From: a virus
DNA: 64,000 bases
Reading direction: 5' to 3' (one strand)
IMG/VR virus record: IMGVR_UViG_3300023444_000001
Span: 1-64,000 of that record
The notes under the pieces are model-generated. The model saw nothing but the letters and a program-made list of their open reading frames with translations. It had not been told where the DNA came from and did no database searches. The translations under genes and the position numbers were made by a program. Positions 17,944 to 28,554 of this stretch are shown piece by piece (position 1 is the first letter of the stretch; the number at the start of each line of letters is the position of its first letter).

Positions 17944-20900
17944 TCAGTCTTTGGAGTTGATATAATTCTTCCCTTCAACTCTATCACCAAAAACTTTTTT
18001 TAATTCTTTTTCCAATTTTGAATTTCGAACTCGAATAATTTTCACATCCTCAAAGTTTATTCCTCCCTCATGCACAAATTGAACTTCTTTCCGAAATACA
18101 TTTGAAGCAATTTTCTTCCCTTTAACCTCCAAATTCCCAGTTACCCCTTTATATAAATTTTCTACCCCAGAAAAAGTTTGCCCCTTAATTTTAAACAAAG
18201 TTTCCTTCTGAAAAAAGATATCTTTATCCAATACAAATTTGAACTCTCTATTTTTTCCGACAAATTTCGAGAAATCTAATTCTCCTCCTATCTTTCCCTC
18301 TTCTTCTAATGTAGTTGGAATCCTCTTAAACCATAAAGCCTTCATTCCATCTTCACTTTTCAAATTCAAAATAATAGGCTTCAATTCTCTATCTATTGTC
18401 TCCACCATCTTTTCTCTTGGAACTGACTCAATATAAAACTTTTTCAAATTATCTAACATCTCCGACATGAATGTATCACCAATATCTTCCTGCTTTATAG
18501 GAATTAACTCCGAAAATCTCTTTGTAGCAAAAATCCTATTACGAGCCATAATATCTATTGGAGAATCAGAAGTCAAAATATAACTATAGACATCCCTATC
18601 CTGACCCAAACGAAAATTTCTCCCATTTCTCTGAATAAATGTCTTAAAATTCTTCGGCAAATCAAGATGAATTGTAACTTTAGCCATTTGAACATTTATT
18701 CCTTCAGACTTTGCTGAAGTTAGAATCAAAAATTTCTGCTCTGGAATTTCTGAAAACTTCTTGAGAATCTTTTGCACATCCATATTCTTTGTAGAACCTG
18801 TTAAAGCAACAGCCCTATCCTTCCCAAGAAAATTCCTCAAATTCTTTGCTACTTCATTTGATTCTGTATGAATTATAATCTTATCATCGGGATGTTTCTT
18901 AGCAATTTTCAAAATTTCCTTATAAAAAGCATTATCTTTCCCTGAACCAGAACGCAAAACCTTCATTAAATCGTGCCGCCTATGTGTTTCTAATTGAACT
19001 AATTCTTTTGTTGCTCCCTTTCTAATCAACTCCTGCTTCTTAATTTCATACATTTTTTCCAAATTTCTATATTCCATTTTTTGAACTTTAGTCAACTTTA
19101 CCTTTATTAACTGTTTATTTCTCATTTCAACAGGTAAAGCCTCATTAAAATAATCAATCAATCTGATCCCTCTTATTGGAGCCTTTGCAACAAATATTGA
19201 ATCATCGAACAAACTATTAAATGTCTTAACCATCAAAGGCCGAGCAAAGTTATTCTCTGTTGTCAACCCACCAAAAACTCTTCCTCCAAATTTTGCCCCA
19301 GAAAACATATCGACAAATTCTCTCTTTGTCATTCCTGTTTTTCCGGGCTGTAACCATTCAATAGTATCCCACATCTGCCCAATATTATCCTTTATAGCCG
19401 TACCAGTAAGACCAACCTTATATTTAATCCTTTTTGAAACCAAATCTCTTAAAATCCTTGATTCTTTAGAATATGCTTCATAATCAAACACATCCCCAAC
19501 AGGAGTTAAATCATGAATTTCATCTATAACAACCATATCATACTTCATCCGTAATTCTTTAACCAATGAAGCCGCATCCTTATGTGTTATCACATCTATT
19601 TTATACTTACCAGGATTTTTCAACATTTTCAACTCTATGTCTCTTTTCCCTGAAATCAATCTTCCCTTATATTTACTAAACTTTTTAATCTCACTAACCC
19701 AATTCATTTTTGTTCCTGATGGAACTACAACTAAAGCCCTTTTTACTTTTCCTGCTGAAATTAAATCTGAAATAGCAGAAATAGATGTCGGAGTTTTTCC
19801 AAATCCCACTCCAGCATTGAGTAAAACATTTTTCTGCTGAACAATAAATTCCTCTGCCGCCCTTTGAACTGGTTTCAAAGTTATACCTTCTTTAATACCC
19901 AAAATCTTTCTATCAAATACCCCTCCCTTCAAAACAATATTATTTTTTATATCTTCAAACTCATTTTGCCAATTTTTAATTCTCTTCCATCGAATAGCAT
20001 GAATATCAAGCCATTCTTCAAAATAAAATTTCCTTCTTTCCGGAAATCCTCTAACCCATTTAGGAATAACATAATAGGCTTTCCCAGTTTTAACATTCTT
20101 CCTGATATAAACATTCAAATACCTCATAGCCTTATTAAATTCCTTTGGAGTTCCTTGACTCCACTTCAATAACAATTCGGGAGAAGGCAAATTTTTTGCC
20201 ATATCTGCACTTATACCCCAATCTATCAAAGTTTTACTTCTTGAACGATAAGGCCAAATCCTATTAGTATAATTTATAAACTCTGATCCACCCAAACTAT
20301 ATGGATCACTCTTAACAAGAGCATCTCTAACAATAGCATTTACTATCTCATCAGGAGGAATAAATTTTACAGGAATAAATCTTTCATCATCAATATCTAA
20401 AACATCAATTCCAATTTTTTTTAATTCATCTCTTGAACCCACATAAGCAATTTCCTTAACCCCATCTCTTGCTTCCGTTATAGCCTCTGGAGTAAAAGAT
20501 TTCAATGAACCTTTAACTCTAAAAAAGACTTTATGATATTTTTCTGGATTTATCTTAAACTGGTAAAATTTACCTATTTTTCCAAGTATTCCATCTTTTT
20601 TAACCTGCAAACCTAAAGTTTCTAATCTTCGCAATGCAGTTTCTCTTGTTTTTCCAAGTACAACAAAAACATCCTTTGGAGACATTAAAGCCAACCGAAT
20701 CTGATCTACAGCATTCATACTACCCAGTATTCCACCTAATTCACTTTGTGCTTGTGAAAATAAACTATCAGCAATTACTCTTGAAGCATTTTTTCCTTTG
20801 AATCCAGCCTTTCTCATAGTCCGCAAAGTTGAATATCCATCATTAAGTAATCCATCAACACTCTTCAATCCACGCTTTGTATAAATTCCAATTCTTTGAT

Positions 20901-22269
20901 GAGTAACCAACTTATCTAAAACCTCTAATAATTTTTTTCTGTCCACAGTTTTTGTACTTTGTTTTATTGCTTCAACAAGAACTTGACTTGCATTTTCAAC
21001 TCCAAGCAAATTAAACTTTTCCCAAGTAAATGCTGGTTGCCCCAAAAGTTGAAAAGCAATTCCATTCATAGCATCAAAAGCACCTCTTTTGACCGGAAGA
21101 GAAAAAGCCGCATTTACAAAATTCTCTACCTCATAATAATTACTATTTATAGCCTCCTTCAATTCACTCTCTGATTTCTTAAGAAGAACTTTTGCAAATG
21201 TTTTCATCCTACCCTTTCCCCCAACAGACTCCATTTTTGCAACTTCTCTAACCAAAGACCGAAATGTAGGCCCACTCATTTTATCTAATAAAGCAAGAGT
21301 CTCACCTGAAGCAAACCTTTTTGCTCGTTCAATAACAATAGAAGGTAATCCTTTATGAACTAAATCTCTTGGAGAAAATTCTTGAGGAGATAATCCAGCC
21401 CTTTCAAAGGCTTCTCTTCTACGAGCCATAAGAGCCGTATAGACTGGACTTAATCCACATTGACAATATGGATGGGGAAATGTTGGGGCCTCATCAGTAT
21501 AATATACCCCTCGAAGAGAAAGATTTCCAACAGAAAGACCCTCTCCTTCAAGAGGTGTTGCATTAGCCAATTTTTCACAAATCTCTACTCCATGTTGATC
21601 CAAATGATTTGAAGACAAATCCCACTTAACAAGAGGAACTCCCCTTTCTTTTGAAAAAAGAACAGTAGCCTCCTGATAAGCCCTTCCTGCTTCTGATCTA
21701 ACTAATCTTTGTCCCCATTTTAATTCTGAAGCCCCATAAGGAGACCTTCCCGGAATATTATAAGTCAATCTTCCTTTTAACTGTTGTCTAACAAAACTAA
21801 TGCTTTTCCCCTTTTTAAGAACTGAATACCCAAAAGTTCTTATACGTTTATCCAAATAATTTAATCTATCTTCAATAGTTAATCCATTAAAGGGCTTAAA
21901 ATATTGCATAAAAGCCCTTTTCTTAAAATCCTTAATTTCCTCCATCGAAATTGAAGATAATCCCATTTTTCTAAAAATTCTTTGCTGATGATAAAATGCT
22001 CTGTTAATAGATTCTGAAACTGCTTTATTTGTTTTAACCTGAAGCCCAAACATCAATTCTTTTGTATTTTGTCGAAGTATTTCTCTTGAAAACTTTTCAT
22101 CCTCTCGAAGTAAAAATCTCTCACCCTTAAATGAAGATGTAACTGTATTTGCAAGATCAGTATATGCTCCATACAAATTATCTCCAATACGTTTACTTTT
22201 TCTTACATTTATATCTAACGCATGAACAAAACGCTTTCTCTGTATTTTCGTAGATAAATACTTAGGCAC
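17944..22269 (-). CDS. MuF/SPP1-gp7-like head morphogenesis protein fused to an SNF2-type helicase
   Basis: MuF part: RLVRSEAGRAY, VKWDLSSNH...C, PHPYCQC. SF2 part: GVGFGKT, DEIH, TGT, SEGINVQ, QRNGRNFRLGQ. Directly downstream of portal. Confidence 0.85.
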   Translation of the reverse strand: MPKYLSTKIQRKRFVHALDINVRKSKRIGDNLYGAYTDLANTVTSSFKGERFLLREDEKFSREILRQNTKELMFGLQVKTNKAVSESINRAFYHQQRIFRKMGLSSISMEEIKDFKKRAFMQYFKPFNGLTIEDRLNYLDKRIRTFGYSVLKKGKSISFVRQQLKGRLTYNIPGRSPYGASELKWGQRLVRSEAGRAYQEATVLFSKERGVPLVKWDLSSNHLDQHGVEICEKLANATPLEGEGLSVGNLSLRGVYYTDEAPTFPHPYCQCGLSPVYTALMARRREAFERAGLSPQEFSPRDLVHKGLPSIVIERAKRFASGETLALLDKMSGPTFRSLVREVAKMESVGGKGRMKTFAKVLLKKSESELKEAINSNYYEVENFVNAAFSLPVKRGAFDAMNGIAFQLLGQPAFTWEKFNLLGVENASQVLVEAIKQSTKTVDRKKLLEVLDKLVTHQRIGIYTKRGLKSVDGLLNDGYSTLRTMRKAGFKGKNASRVIADSLFSQAQSELGGILGSMNAVDQIRLALMSPKDVFVVLGKTRETALRRLETLGLQVKKDGILGKIGKFYQFKINPEKYHKVFFRVKGSLKSFTPEAITEARDGVKEIAYVGSRDELKKIGIDVLDIDDERFIPVKFIPPDEIVNAIVRDALVKSDPYSLGGSEFINYTNRIWPYRSRSKTLIDWGISADMAKNLPSPELLLKWSQGTPKEFNKAMRYLNVYIRKNVKTGKAYYVIPKWVRGFPERRKFYFEEWLDIHAIRWKRIKNWQNEFEDIKNNIVLKGGVFDRKILGIKEGITLKPVQRAAEEFIVQQKNVLLNAGVGFGKTPTSISAISDLISAGKVKRALVVVPSGTKMNWVSEIKKFSKYKGRLISGKRDIELKMLKNPGKYKIDVITHKDAASLVKELRMKYDMVVIDEIHDLTPVGDVFDYEAYSKESRILRDLVSKRIKYKVGLTGTAIKDNIGQMWDTIEWLQPGKTGMTKREFVDMFSGAKFGGRVFGGLTTENNFARPLMVKTFNSLFDDSIFVAKAPIRGIRLIDYFNEALPVEMRNKQLIKVKLTKVQKMEYRNLEKMYEIKKQELIRKGATKELVQLETHRRHDLMKVLRSGSGKDNAFYKEILKIAKKHPDDKIIIHTESNEVAKNLRNFLGKDRAVALTGSTKNMDVQKILKKFSEIPEQKFLILTSAKSEGINVQMAKVTIHLDLPKNFKTFIQRNGRNFRLGQDRDVYSYILTSDSPIDIMARNRIFATKRFSELIPIKQEDIGDTFMSEMLDNLKKFYIESVPREKMVETIDRELKPIILNLKSEDGMKALWFKRIPTTLEEEGKIGGELDFSKFVGKNREFKFVLDKDIFFQKETLFKIKGQTFSGVENLYKGVTGNLEVKGKKIASNVFRKEVQFVHEGGINFEDVKIIRVRNSKLEKELKKVFGDRVEGKNYINSKD

Positions 22270-23680
22270 CTACTTTCCCCTTAAACATATCAGCAAAAGT
22301 ACCTCCTCGACCACTTATACTTGCTTCTTGTTCTAATTGAGTTTTATGCTCTTTATCAATTCGAGCCAATAATTCAGATATATTTTTAATTCCAAGACGA
22401 CTTAAAGCCCCTTCACGATCTATCAACCCCAAAGATAATTCCATTTCTAACTCTTGCAACAAAGTAATTCTATCCTTGGGCAATGGGTCCTTAAATACTA
22501 CCGAAGTATCATATGCTTCAAAATCATCTCCATCCTTCAATTTTGGAATTTTTTTCTTTGTCTCCAAAATCTTCAAGATAAGTCGATTTGTTCTTTCTAA
22601 TCCACGTCCATACGTAAGCCTTTTTAACTTCATTCTTTCTACAAGCGGCATATATTGAACATGAAGTGCCGCCGCAGATGTATTTGAAATAGGCTGCATT
22701 TGTCCTAAAGTGGCTTCAGGAACATTAGACATCTCATGTAAACTCTTTTTTAACAATTCCAAATACTTTATCGAAGAAGATAAATTACCTGCCAGATTCA
22801 AAAACTTAACATCTCCATCCGTTGGTATATTTGACCAAACCCGCCCCGCAGACCTAATAACATTCTTAAATGAAACTCCTTTTATAACTGTAATAGGGGC
22901 ACCATAATAGGCTATTGTATCTGAAACATCCGAAATTTTCTCATTATATTCCAAATTCAAATCTATTAAATTTATCATATCACTTAAACCCCAAAATACT
23001 CCACTTATAGGCAAATTTGAAATATGCACCAAAGGAATCTCCATAATAGGATTTTCCAATGATTCCTTTAATTCATCATCAAGGTATAATTCAATTTTAT
23101 CTTCATAAAAAATCTCTTTATATTTTCTTCTAACTCTTTCTCCAGTTTCAGTATTAAACTCATATATCGGAAATTCAATTTTTACCCATATAAGTCTTTC
23201 TCTATCACCTGGACTCCATACCACATCAACTAATCTGCCATCAACGACATTTAATGTAATCTTCTGCGAAACTTCATCAAACCAAATTTTTAGCCATGAA
23301 TCCCCCGTAACTCCTCCCTCTTGAACTAATTCATACAAACGTAATCCACGAAAACTATCAGAACCCCAAGCCTTTATTAAGGCTTTTTCTCCCAAAGACT
23401 CATTAACCTTCGGCAAATTAAATTCCAACCCATTTCCAATTAAAGCAAAAGAAACCTTATCTACAAATGCTCTAACAAAATTCACAGTTAATTGAGATTC
23501 TCCCTCTTTTCCCTCAAATATCCAATGCTTTCCAAGATACCACTTCCAATATTGATTATATTTTCTCCTCCTTTGTTCAAAAGCAACATCTTGATCTTCA
23601 GAAACATAATACAGAGGACCTTTAACTGCATTTTGTCCCGACTTAGATTTGCTAAAATCTATTCTCTCATTAGTAGCCAA
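22262..23680 (-). CDS. Portal protein (SPP1 gp6-like)
   Basis: YLGKHW, NFVRAFVDK, GGVTGD, IPLVHISN, ISNTSAAAL; follows terminase. Confidence 0.9.
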   Translation of the reverse strand: MATNERIDFSKSKSGQNAVKGPLYYVSEDQDVAFEQRRRKYNQYWKWYLGKHWIFEGKEGESQLTVNFVRAFVDKVSFALIGNGLEFNLPKVNESLGEKALIKAWGSDSFRGLRLYELVQEGGVTGDSWLKIWFDEVSQKITLNVVDGRLVDVVWSPGDRERLIWVKIEFPIYEFNTETGERVRRKYKEIFYEDKIELYLDDELKESLENPIMEIPLVHISNLPISGVFWGLSDMINLIDLNLEYNEKISDVSDTIAYYGAPITVIKGVSFKNVIRSAGRVWSNIPTDGDVKFLNLAGNLSSSIKYLELLKKSLHEMSNVPEATLGQMQPISNTSAAALHVQYMPLVERMKLKRLTYGRGLERTNRLILKILETKKKIPKLKDGDDFEAYDTSVVFKDPLPKDRITLLQELEMELSLGLIDREGALSRLGIKNISELLARIDKEHKTQLEQEASISGRGGTFADMFKGKVGA

Positions 23681-25334
23681 ATATATACCTCCTATTTAAT
23701 CTTCTCCTTCTTGCTACATCCTTAAAAATATTAAAATCATCGTCCTGCATTTCGACCATTGTTCCATCTTTAGAAGCCAAAACCATTAAGGCTAAACTAT
23801 CAGCAAAATCATCTCTTGAACCTTTAATCATCGGGTCTTTTCCACAAACCAAAAATGCTCCACGCCAAGATTTTGTCAAATTAGTAACTTGCTCCTTAAA
23901 TCTTTTCCATCGAGCAAGAGATTTATCAGCCTTTTTACCCGGAACATGAATTCTCCCCGCATTAACTTCAGTCAACAATGTTTTCCACAAAATACTCTTA
24001 GCAGATAATCCTGAAAATGGATAGCCTCTTACAACTACACTTGAATCATATCTATCATAATAACCAATAAATCTATCCGCAACCGGATCACCTTTACCTT
24101 GACTATCAATATAAACTACTCTAACATTGTAATTATTCAAAAATTCTACTATCTGTCCAAATTGACTTTCATGATCTTCCCCAAATAATTCCAACCAATT
24201 TTCAACATACAACTGGGCATTTCCTTCCTCATCCACAGAATCTAAATCTATCTTCCCAACAGTACAAACAGTGGAACAAGGTGATTTTCCAATGTCTATT
24301 CCAGCAACATGAGTTCCCTCTTTATCTAATGTAACAATATGCCAAGACTCATCAACCATTTTTTCAAAAAACATATCTTCAGTAATTAGTGTCCCTTGAG
24401 AAAAAAGCCATTTTATTTCATAACTCATCTTAAATTCATCAGAATCTTCTCCTAAACGATCTTTCTCTTTCTTAATAAACTGGGCATATTTCAAATGAAT
24501 AGAGTTATGATCTTTTTCATACTGTTTCTTTTTATCTCTTATGGCTATCTGATATGGTACCTCTGTATGATAATCTCCTAATCCATCCGCTTTTCTCCGC
24601 CTATTTCTCTTTACAGCATAAAAAAAATCAGATTTCAATCTATTTGGACTTCCCGTTTTAACTATAACCCCATTATAAGCCGCAAGCATCGGATGAATTG
24701 ACTTCAAAACCTGCATACTATCGGCATCTTGAGCCTCATCAATAAAAATAAGCATATAAGTCTTACTCTCAATTAAAGCCTGTTTATTGCAAGTAGCCGC
24801 CTTACAAAATGAACCATTAGAAAGACGTAGCCCCCCATATCTTCTATCCAAATTAAGATCAAGGTCTGGATCACTTAATATCATCTTAGCATGATCTGTT
24901 TCAATTCGCATTTTGGTCCGAAGAAATGTTGTATCTACTTGATCTGCTCTTGGAGCAAACATACCTACCCAGATACCATTCTTATAAATCGAAAGTTTAT
25001 CCGGATAATATTCTGCAAGGGTAGGTAACAAAATCATTGCTGAACCTGTAATTCCAGCAACAGTCTCTGTTTTTCCTGATTGTCGTGCAAATAAGGCTGT
25101 TATTTCTTCTCCATTATTTAGCAATAAAGACTTGAAAACCTTAAATGCAAACTCTTTCTCATAATCATAAAAATTTAACTTTGTCAATTTTTCCGCAAAC
25201 ACTATAAGCCGCTCAGCCAGAAAATTAACATCAAATTCCGGCATTTTATCCGGAACATCATTAGATTCCTGATTCTCTAATGCAACTTGAGCATTATATT
25301 TCTCTAAACTAACCCTTCGAGCAATTTTAGGCAT
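23670..25334 (-). CDS. terL: Terminase large subunit
   Basis: Walker A ARQSGKT, Walker B IFIDEAQ, nuclease motifs GIDIG and DDFADS. Confidence 0.93.
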   Translation of the reverse strand: MPKIARRVSLEKYNAQVALENQESNDVPDKMPEFDVNFLAERLIVFAEKLTKLNFYDYEKEFAFKVFKSLLLNNGEEITALFARQSGKTETVAGITGSAMILLPTLAEYYPDKLSIYKNGIWVGMFAPRADQVDTTFLRTKMRIETDHAKMILSDPDLDLNLDRRYGGLRLSNGSFCKAATCNKQALIESKTYMLIFIDEAQDADSMQVLKSIHPMLAAYNGVIVKTGSPNRLKSDFFYAVKRNRRRKADGLGDYHTEVPYQIAIRDKKKQYEKDHNSIHLKYAQFIKKEKDRLGEDSDEFKMSYEIKWLFSQGTLITEDMFFEKMVDESWHIVTLDKEGTHVAGIDIGKSPCSTVCTVGKIDLDSVDEEGNAQLYVENWLELFGEDHESQFGQIVEFLNNYNVRVVYIDSQGKGDPVADRFIGYYDRYDSSVVVRGYPFSGLSAKSILWKTLLTEVNAGRIHVPGKKADKSLARWKRFKEQVTNLTKSWRGAFLVCGKDPMIKGSRDDFADSLALMVLASKDGTMVEMQDDDFNIFKDVARRRRLNRRYIFGY

Positions 25335-26302
25335 TCTTCTTTTAACTCCGCAATAATTTCATAACTTCTTAAATCCACTAAAACCAAAACATCTGGAGGT
25401 TTTTTAGGTGCCTTTTCAAGCCAAGAAAAAGCCTCCTCAATATCTCCTTTTCTTATTAAACTTCTTGCCAATATTACAAAATCTTCTCCAAAATTCGGAT
25501 TCTCCAGTATATTTTTCTTAACTAAACTAATTGCATCATCAAAATTTTCTAATCGTAAACTACTTTCTGCTTTCAATCTTCTTGCATATTGAATATTATA
25601 TAAAATATAAGACTTTTTCTCTACTATATCAGCAACTTTATATCCTTCATGAAATTTTTTATGCTCAATCAATTCTCTTGCAAAATGAAGCAATAACCAT
25701 CCTTCTTTATCATTCTCAAAATCTACTGCTTTTTCAACTAAGTCTAAACTCTGTTCTCTTCTCCATTTCTCTCTTTCAAGATTTTTTCTTTTCCTGCATT
25801 CAATCCAAACTTTATCAGGAAGAATAACATCCATGAAACCAGCACCAATCAATCTATTGTGAACATCTCCTATCCACCAACCTTTATTAACCCGCCATAT
25901 TCTATTTTGAAATCCCCTAAACCTGAACCTAACTTCGTTAGTTTTTCTATGCTTATATGGTCTTCTAAAATATGAAAGAGCATATCCAGCCACTTTTTTC
26001 CCAGAATTATCTAAAAGACCTCTTAAATATTCAGAACTTCCCCTTAAAGTTTCATCTCCATCAACCATAATAGCCCATTCAGTTTTAACAAATGAAGAAC
26101 AAACATTTCTTAAATGAGCAAAAGAATTATTCCATTTCTCTTCTAAAACTTTTGCTCCAAATTGTTTTGCCAATTCTACAGTTCCATCCTTTGATCCAGT
26201 ATCTAAAATCACCATATCATCAACAAAAGGCACAATACTCTCCAATGTTTCTTTTAATTCCTCCTCTTCATCTCGTACAATCATTGATAAAGTTAAACCC
26301 AT
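25304..26302 (-). CDS. Family 2 glycosyltransferase with C-terminal TPR-like helices
   Basis: MIVRDEE, DTGSKDGT, W-x-x-SFA-x-x-RN, VDGDE, VHN; helical C-terminus. Confidence 0.88.
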   Translation of the reverse strand: MGLTLSMIVRDEEEELKETLESIVPFVDDMVILDTGSKDGTVELAKQFGAKVLEEKWNNSFAHLRNVCSSFVKTEWAIMVDGDETLRGSSEYLRGLLDNSGKKVAGYALSYFRRPYKHRKTNEVRFRFRGFQNRIWRVNKGWWIGDVHNRLIGAGFMDVILPDKVWIECRKRKNLEREKWRREQSLDLVEKAVDFENDKEGWLLLHFARELIEHKKFHEGYKVADIVEKKSYILYNIQYARRLKAESSLRLENFDDAISLVKKNILENPNFGEDFVILARSLIRKGDIEEAFSWLEKAPKKPPDVLVLVDLRSYEIIAELKEECLKLLEGLV

Positions 26303-26448
26303 ATTTTCCTTACAATATCCATAATTCGACTGCTTTTATCAATTTTCTGATTCTTCTTATCAAAATAAGTCTTTTTATTGCTATAAAACCTGCTTGTTCT
26401 TCCATATTCAAAATCCAAATATCTGCTCCCACCCTTTCTCTTTGACAT

Positions 26449-26586
26449 TCATTTTACCTCTTTCTTCTTTTTCTTATTAGGCAAACGCTTCAAATACTTC
26501 TTTCCATACTTACGAACCCATCTTCGAGCAATTCCTGGGTGAAAAGCAAATAAAAATCTCATCTGTGCTTTTGACTTAAAAGGCAT
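26449..26586 (-). CDS. 45-aa basic phage protein
   Basis: MPFKSKAQMRFLFAFHPGIARRWVRKYGKKYLKRLPNKKKKKEVK; the MPFKSxAQ pattern recurs in small phage proteins; AAAGGA RBS. Confidence 0.7.
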   Translation of the reverse strand: MPFKSKAQMRFLFAFHPGIARRWVRKYGKKYLKRLPNKKKKKEVK

Positions 26587-26602
26587 CATTCATTCCTTTC
26601 TA

Positions 26603-26646
26603 CAAAAAATCCCCCATAAATCTCCCTTTCAGGCTATTCATGGGGG
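26603..26646 (-). terminator. Intrinsic terminator-like hairpin
   Basis: Minus strand CCCCCATGAAT...ATTTATGGGGG followed by ATTTTTT. Confidence 0.6.
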
Positions 26647-26677
26647 CACTATAGTCAATCTAATTATCAAACTAATA

Positions 26678-26971
26678 TTACAATATCTTTTTTCTCCTGT
26701 CAACCTTAACAACACTATATTTTCCAGATTCTATCCATTTACGTGCTAATTCTCTATCTTCTTCCCTCCCACAATCCAAATTTCTATCTGGATACATCAG
26801 CATATCTTCCAAACAATGAGCCACTGTACCAGTATATATCATTCCAGGGCGTCTCCCATTTCCCCAATTAGAAATAATTGCCAACAACTCATAAACTCTT
26901 TCTCTTAACAAAGTATTTGAACCCATTATTTTACTCCAACAAAATTTATTTTTAACCGTCTTCTTCCCCAC
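26678..26971 (-). CDS. Hypothetical protein
   Basis: ORF; true start may be MGSN at 26926. Confidence 0.55.
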   Translation of the reverse strand: MGKKTVKNKFCWSKIMGSNTLLRERVYELLAIISNWGNGRRPGMIYTGTVAHCLEDMLMYPDRNLDCGREEDRELARKWIESGKYSVVKVDRRKKIL

Positions 26972-27420
26972 TCCGCTAAAAGCAAAGCCTCAGCCAACCC
27001 ATGATCTTTTCTAATCCAATCATAACTTATTTTAGGAAAAATCCTTTTAACTGCCACAAGAGATTTTCCTTTCTTATCTGACCCGGGAATACCAATTAGC
27101 ATATCTCTTTTCCATTTAACCGGAGATACCAACTCAAAAGGAATTTTCAAACAAGAAAGTATTCCTATCCAAACCCCATATCCATATCCATAATTAAACA
27201 TTGAAGATACACCCTGCTTCGGCATAGCCTGGGCTTTTTCTACAATAGCATAAATTTTCTTTTTCTTTGCAACCCCCAAACAAATAATCTCAACCATCTT
27301 AGACTCATCATATAATCGTTTTCCCGAAACTCTAATAAATGGACATTTAACAACTTTAATTTCTTTTTCATCAAGAAAAGCCACTGCTCCAGTTATCCCT
27401 GGATCAATCCCAATAATCAT
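26926..27420 (-). CDS. ruvC: RuvC-like Holliday junction resolvase
   Basis: IIGIDPG, IVEK, QGVSSMFNYG, P-x-x-WK, DHGLAEALLLA. Confidence 0.88.
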   Translation of the reverse strand: MIIGIDPGITGAVAFLDEKEIKVVKCPFIRVSGKRLYDESKMVEIICLGVAKKKKIYAIVEKAQAMPKQGVSSMFNYGYGYGVWIGILSCLKIPFELVSPVKWKRDMLIGIPGSDKKGKSLVAVKRIFPKISYDWIRKDHGLAEALLLAEWGRRRLKINFVGVK

Positions 27421-27611
27421 TCTTCCCTCCGTGCTTTTTCTCTCAAAAGTTTATAAGCAATCTGTATTCGCTTATCAACCTCCTTTCTCCATTTTATTCT
27501 ATCTTCCTCAGATTGATTTTTTATATAAGGAGGAAGAGGCGGCCAATTAACATCTTTTAGAACTGACTTAATAGAACTCGATGATTTCTCTTTTTTCAAA
27601 AATTTTTTCAT
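27417..27611 (-). CDS. Small hypothetical protein
   Basis: ATGA overlap with ruvC. Confidence 0.55.
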   Translation of the reverse strand: MKKFLKKEKSSSSIKSVLKDVNWPPLPPYIKNQSEEDRIKWRKEVDKRIQIAYKLLREKARREE

Positions 27612-27614
27612 AAC

Positions 27615-27806
27615 TTATTCTTTTTCCTTTTTACAATCAAGCATATTTCTAACCGGAATATCAACCTGTGCTCTCCAAGCCTTATCAAATCTTGAAAATT
27701 TTGGCATAGGTTCAGGCTTAACCCCTCTTACTAAATCAATACCCCTTTTATAACAATCCATACAAATAATAGCCGTCTTAACACCACATTTCCTGCACAG
27801 CATCAA
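27615..27806 (-). CDS. Small Cys-rich protein
   Basis: Two CxxC motifs; AAAGGAG RBS. Confidence 0.55.
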   Translation of the reverse strand: MMLCRKCGVKTAIICMDCYKRGIDLVRGVKPEPMPKFSRFDKAWRAQVDIPVRNMLDCKKEKE

Positions 27807-27827
27807 TTTTCTCCTTTCAATTTTTTC

Positions 27828-28037
27828 TTAATGAAACACATAATATGCCCAAGCATATCCCAGCCCCACGCAGAGCATCCCCCACAATATCCACGGAGTA
27901 GCCCGGTCGATCATCTCGGTGATCTTGCCAGGCTGATATGGTGGCACATCCCGCCAATCGCCCTGGCGGACATGATCTCTAAGGTGCCAGAGTCTCAGTG
28001 CATCCCAATCTTGTCTACTACGCTCTTGTGGGTTCAT
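27828..28037 (-). CDS. Small membrane protein
   Basis: C-terminal TM segment; GC-richer island. Confidence 0.55.
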   Translation of the reverse strand: MNPQERSRQDWDALRLWHLRDHVRQGDWRDVPPYQPGKITEMIDRATPWILWGMLCVGLGYAWAYYVFH

Positions 28038-28396
28038 GGCTTTCCCTCCTCTATCACCCGGTTGACTGCTTCCAGGTCCGCAATCTTACGCTCCAATTCG
28101 CATCGCTGTTCGATGGCCTTCTTTAGTTCCGCCATTGCCCAATCGCGCTTGCGCTCTGTATTCTGCAGTTGTACTACAGCCTCGATATACGCCCGTCTGA
28201 GGTCCAGCACTTGTTGATCTTGGCGCAAGACCTCTACCACGACTATGGCACGGAAGAGGTACAATATGCCTATCAGGATTCCACTGAAGGCAACTGAGCC
28301 TATGACAATTTCGTACCAATGCACTTTTAGCCTCCTCTCTTTATATGGCCCCCGGTGGGGTGATCGACTGCTGGCCTGCAAGTCTCCACTCTGCAC
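28034..28396 (-). CDS. TM plus coiled-coil protein
   Basis: Hydrophobic helix then coiled coil; true start probably the internal GTG after AGGAGG. Confidence 0.55.
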   Translation of the reverse strand: MQSGDLQASSRSPHRGPYKERRLKVHWYEIVIGSVAFSGILIGILYLFRAIVVVEVLRQDQQVLDLRRAYIEAVVQLQNTERKRDWAMAELKKAIEQRCELERKIADLEAVNRVIEEGKP

Positions 28397-28554
28397 CCTC
28401 TATACCGGGGGCTCATGGTCATTTATCCTGTCCCGGAGGGCCTGTATCCTGCGCTCGATGTGTCCCTTGACACCCTCCAGTTCCTCAATGGTCTGCTGGT
28501 AGCAGATTATCGCGACTTTGTTCGTGTCCATGTTTCACCTCCATTTGGTTAACA

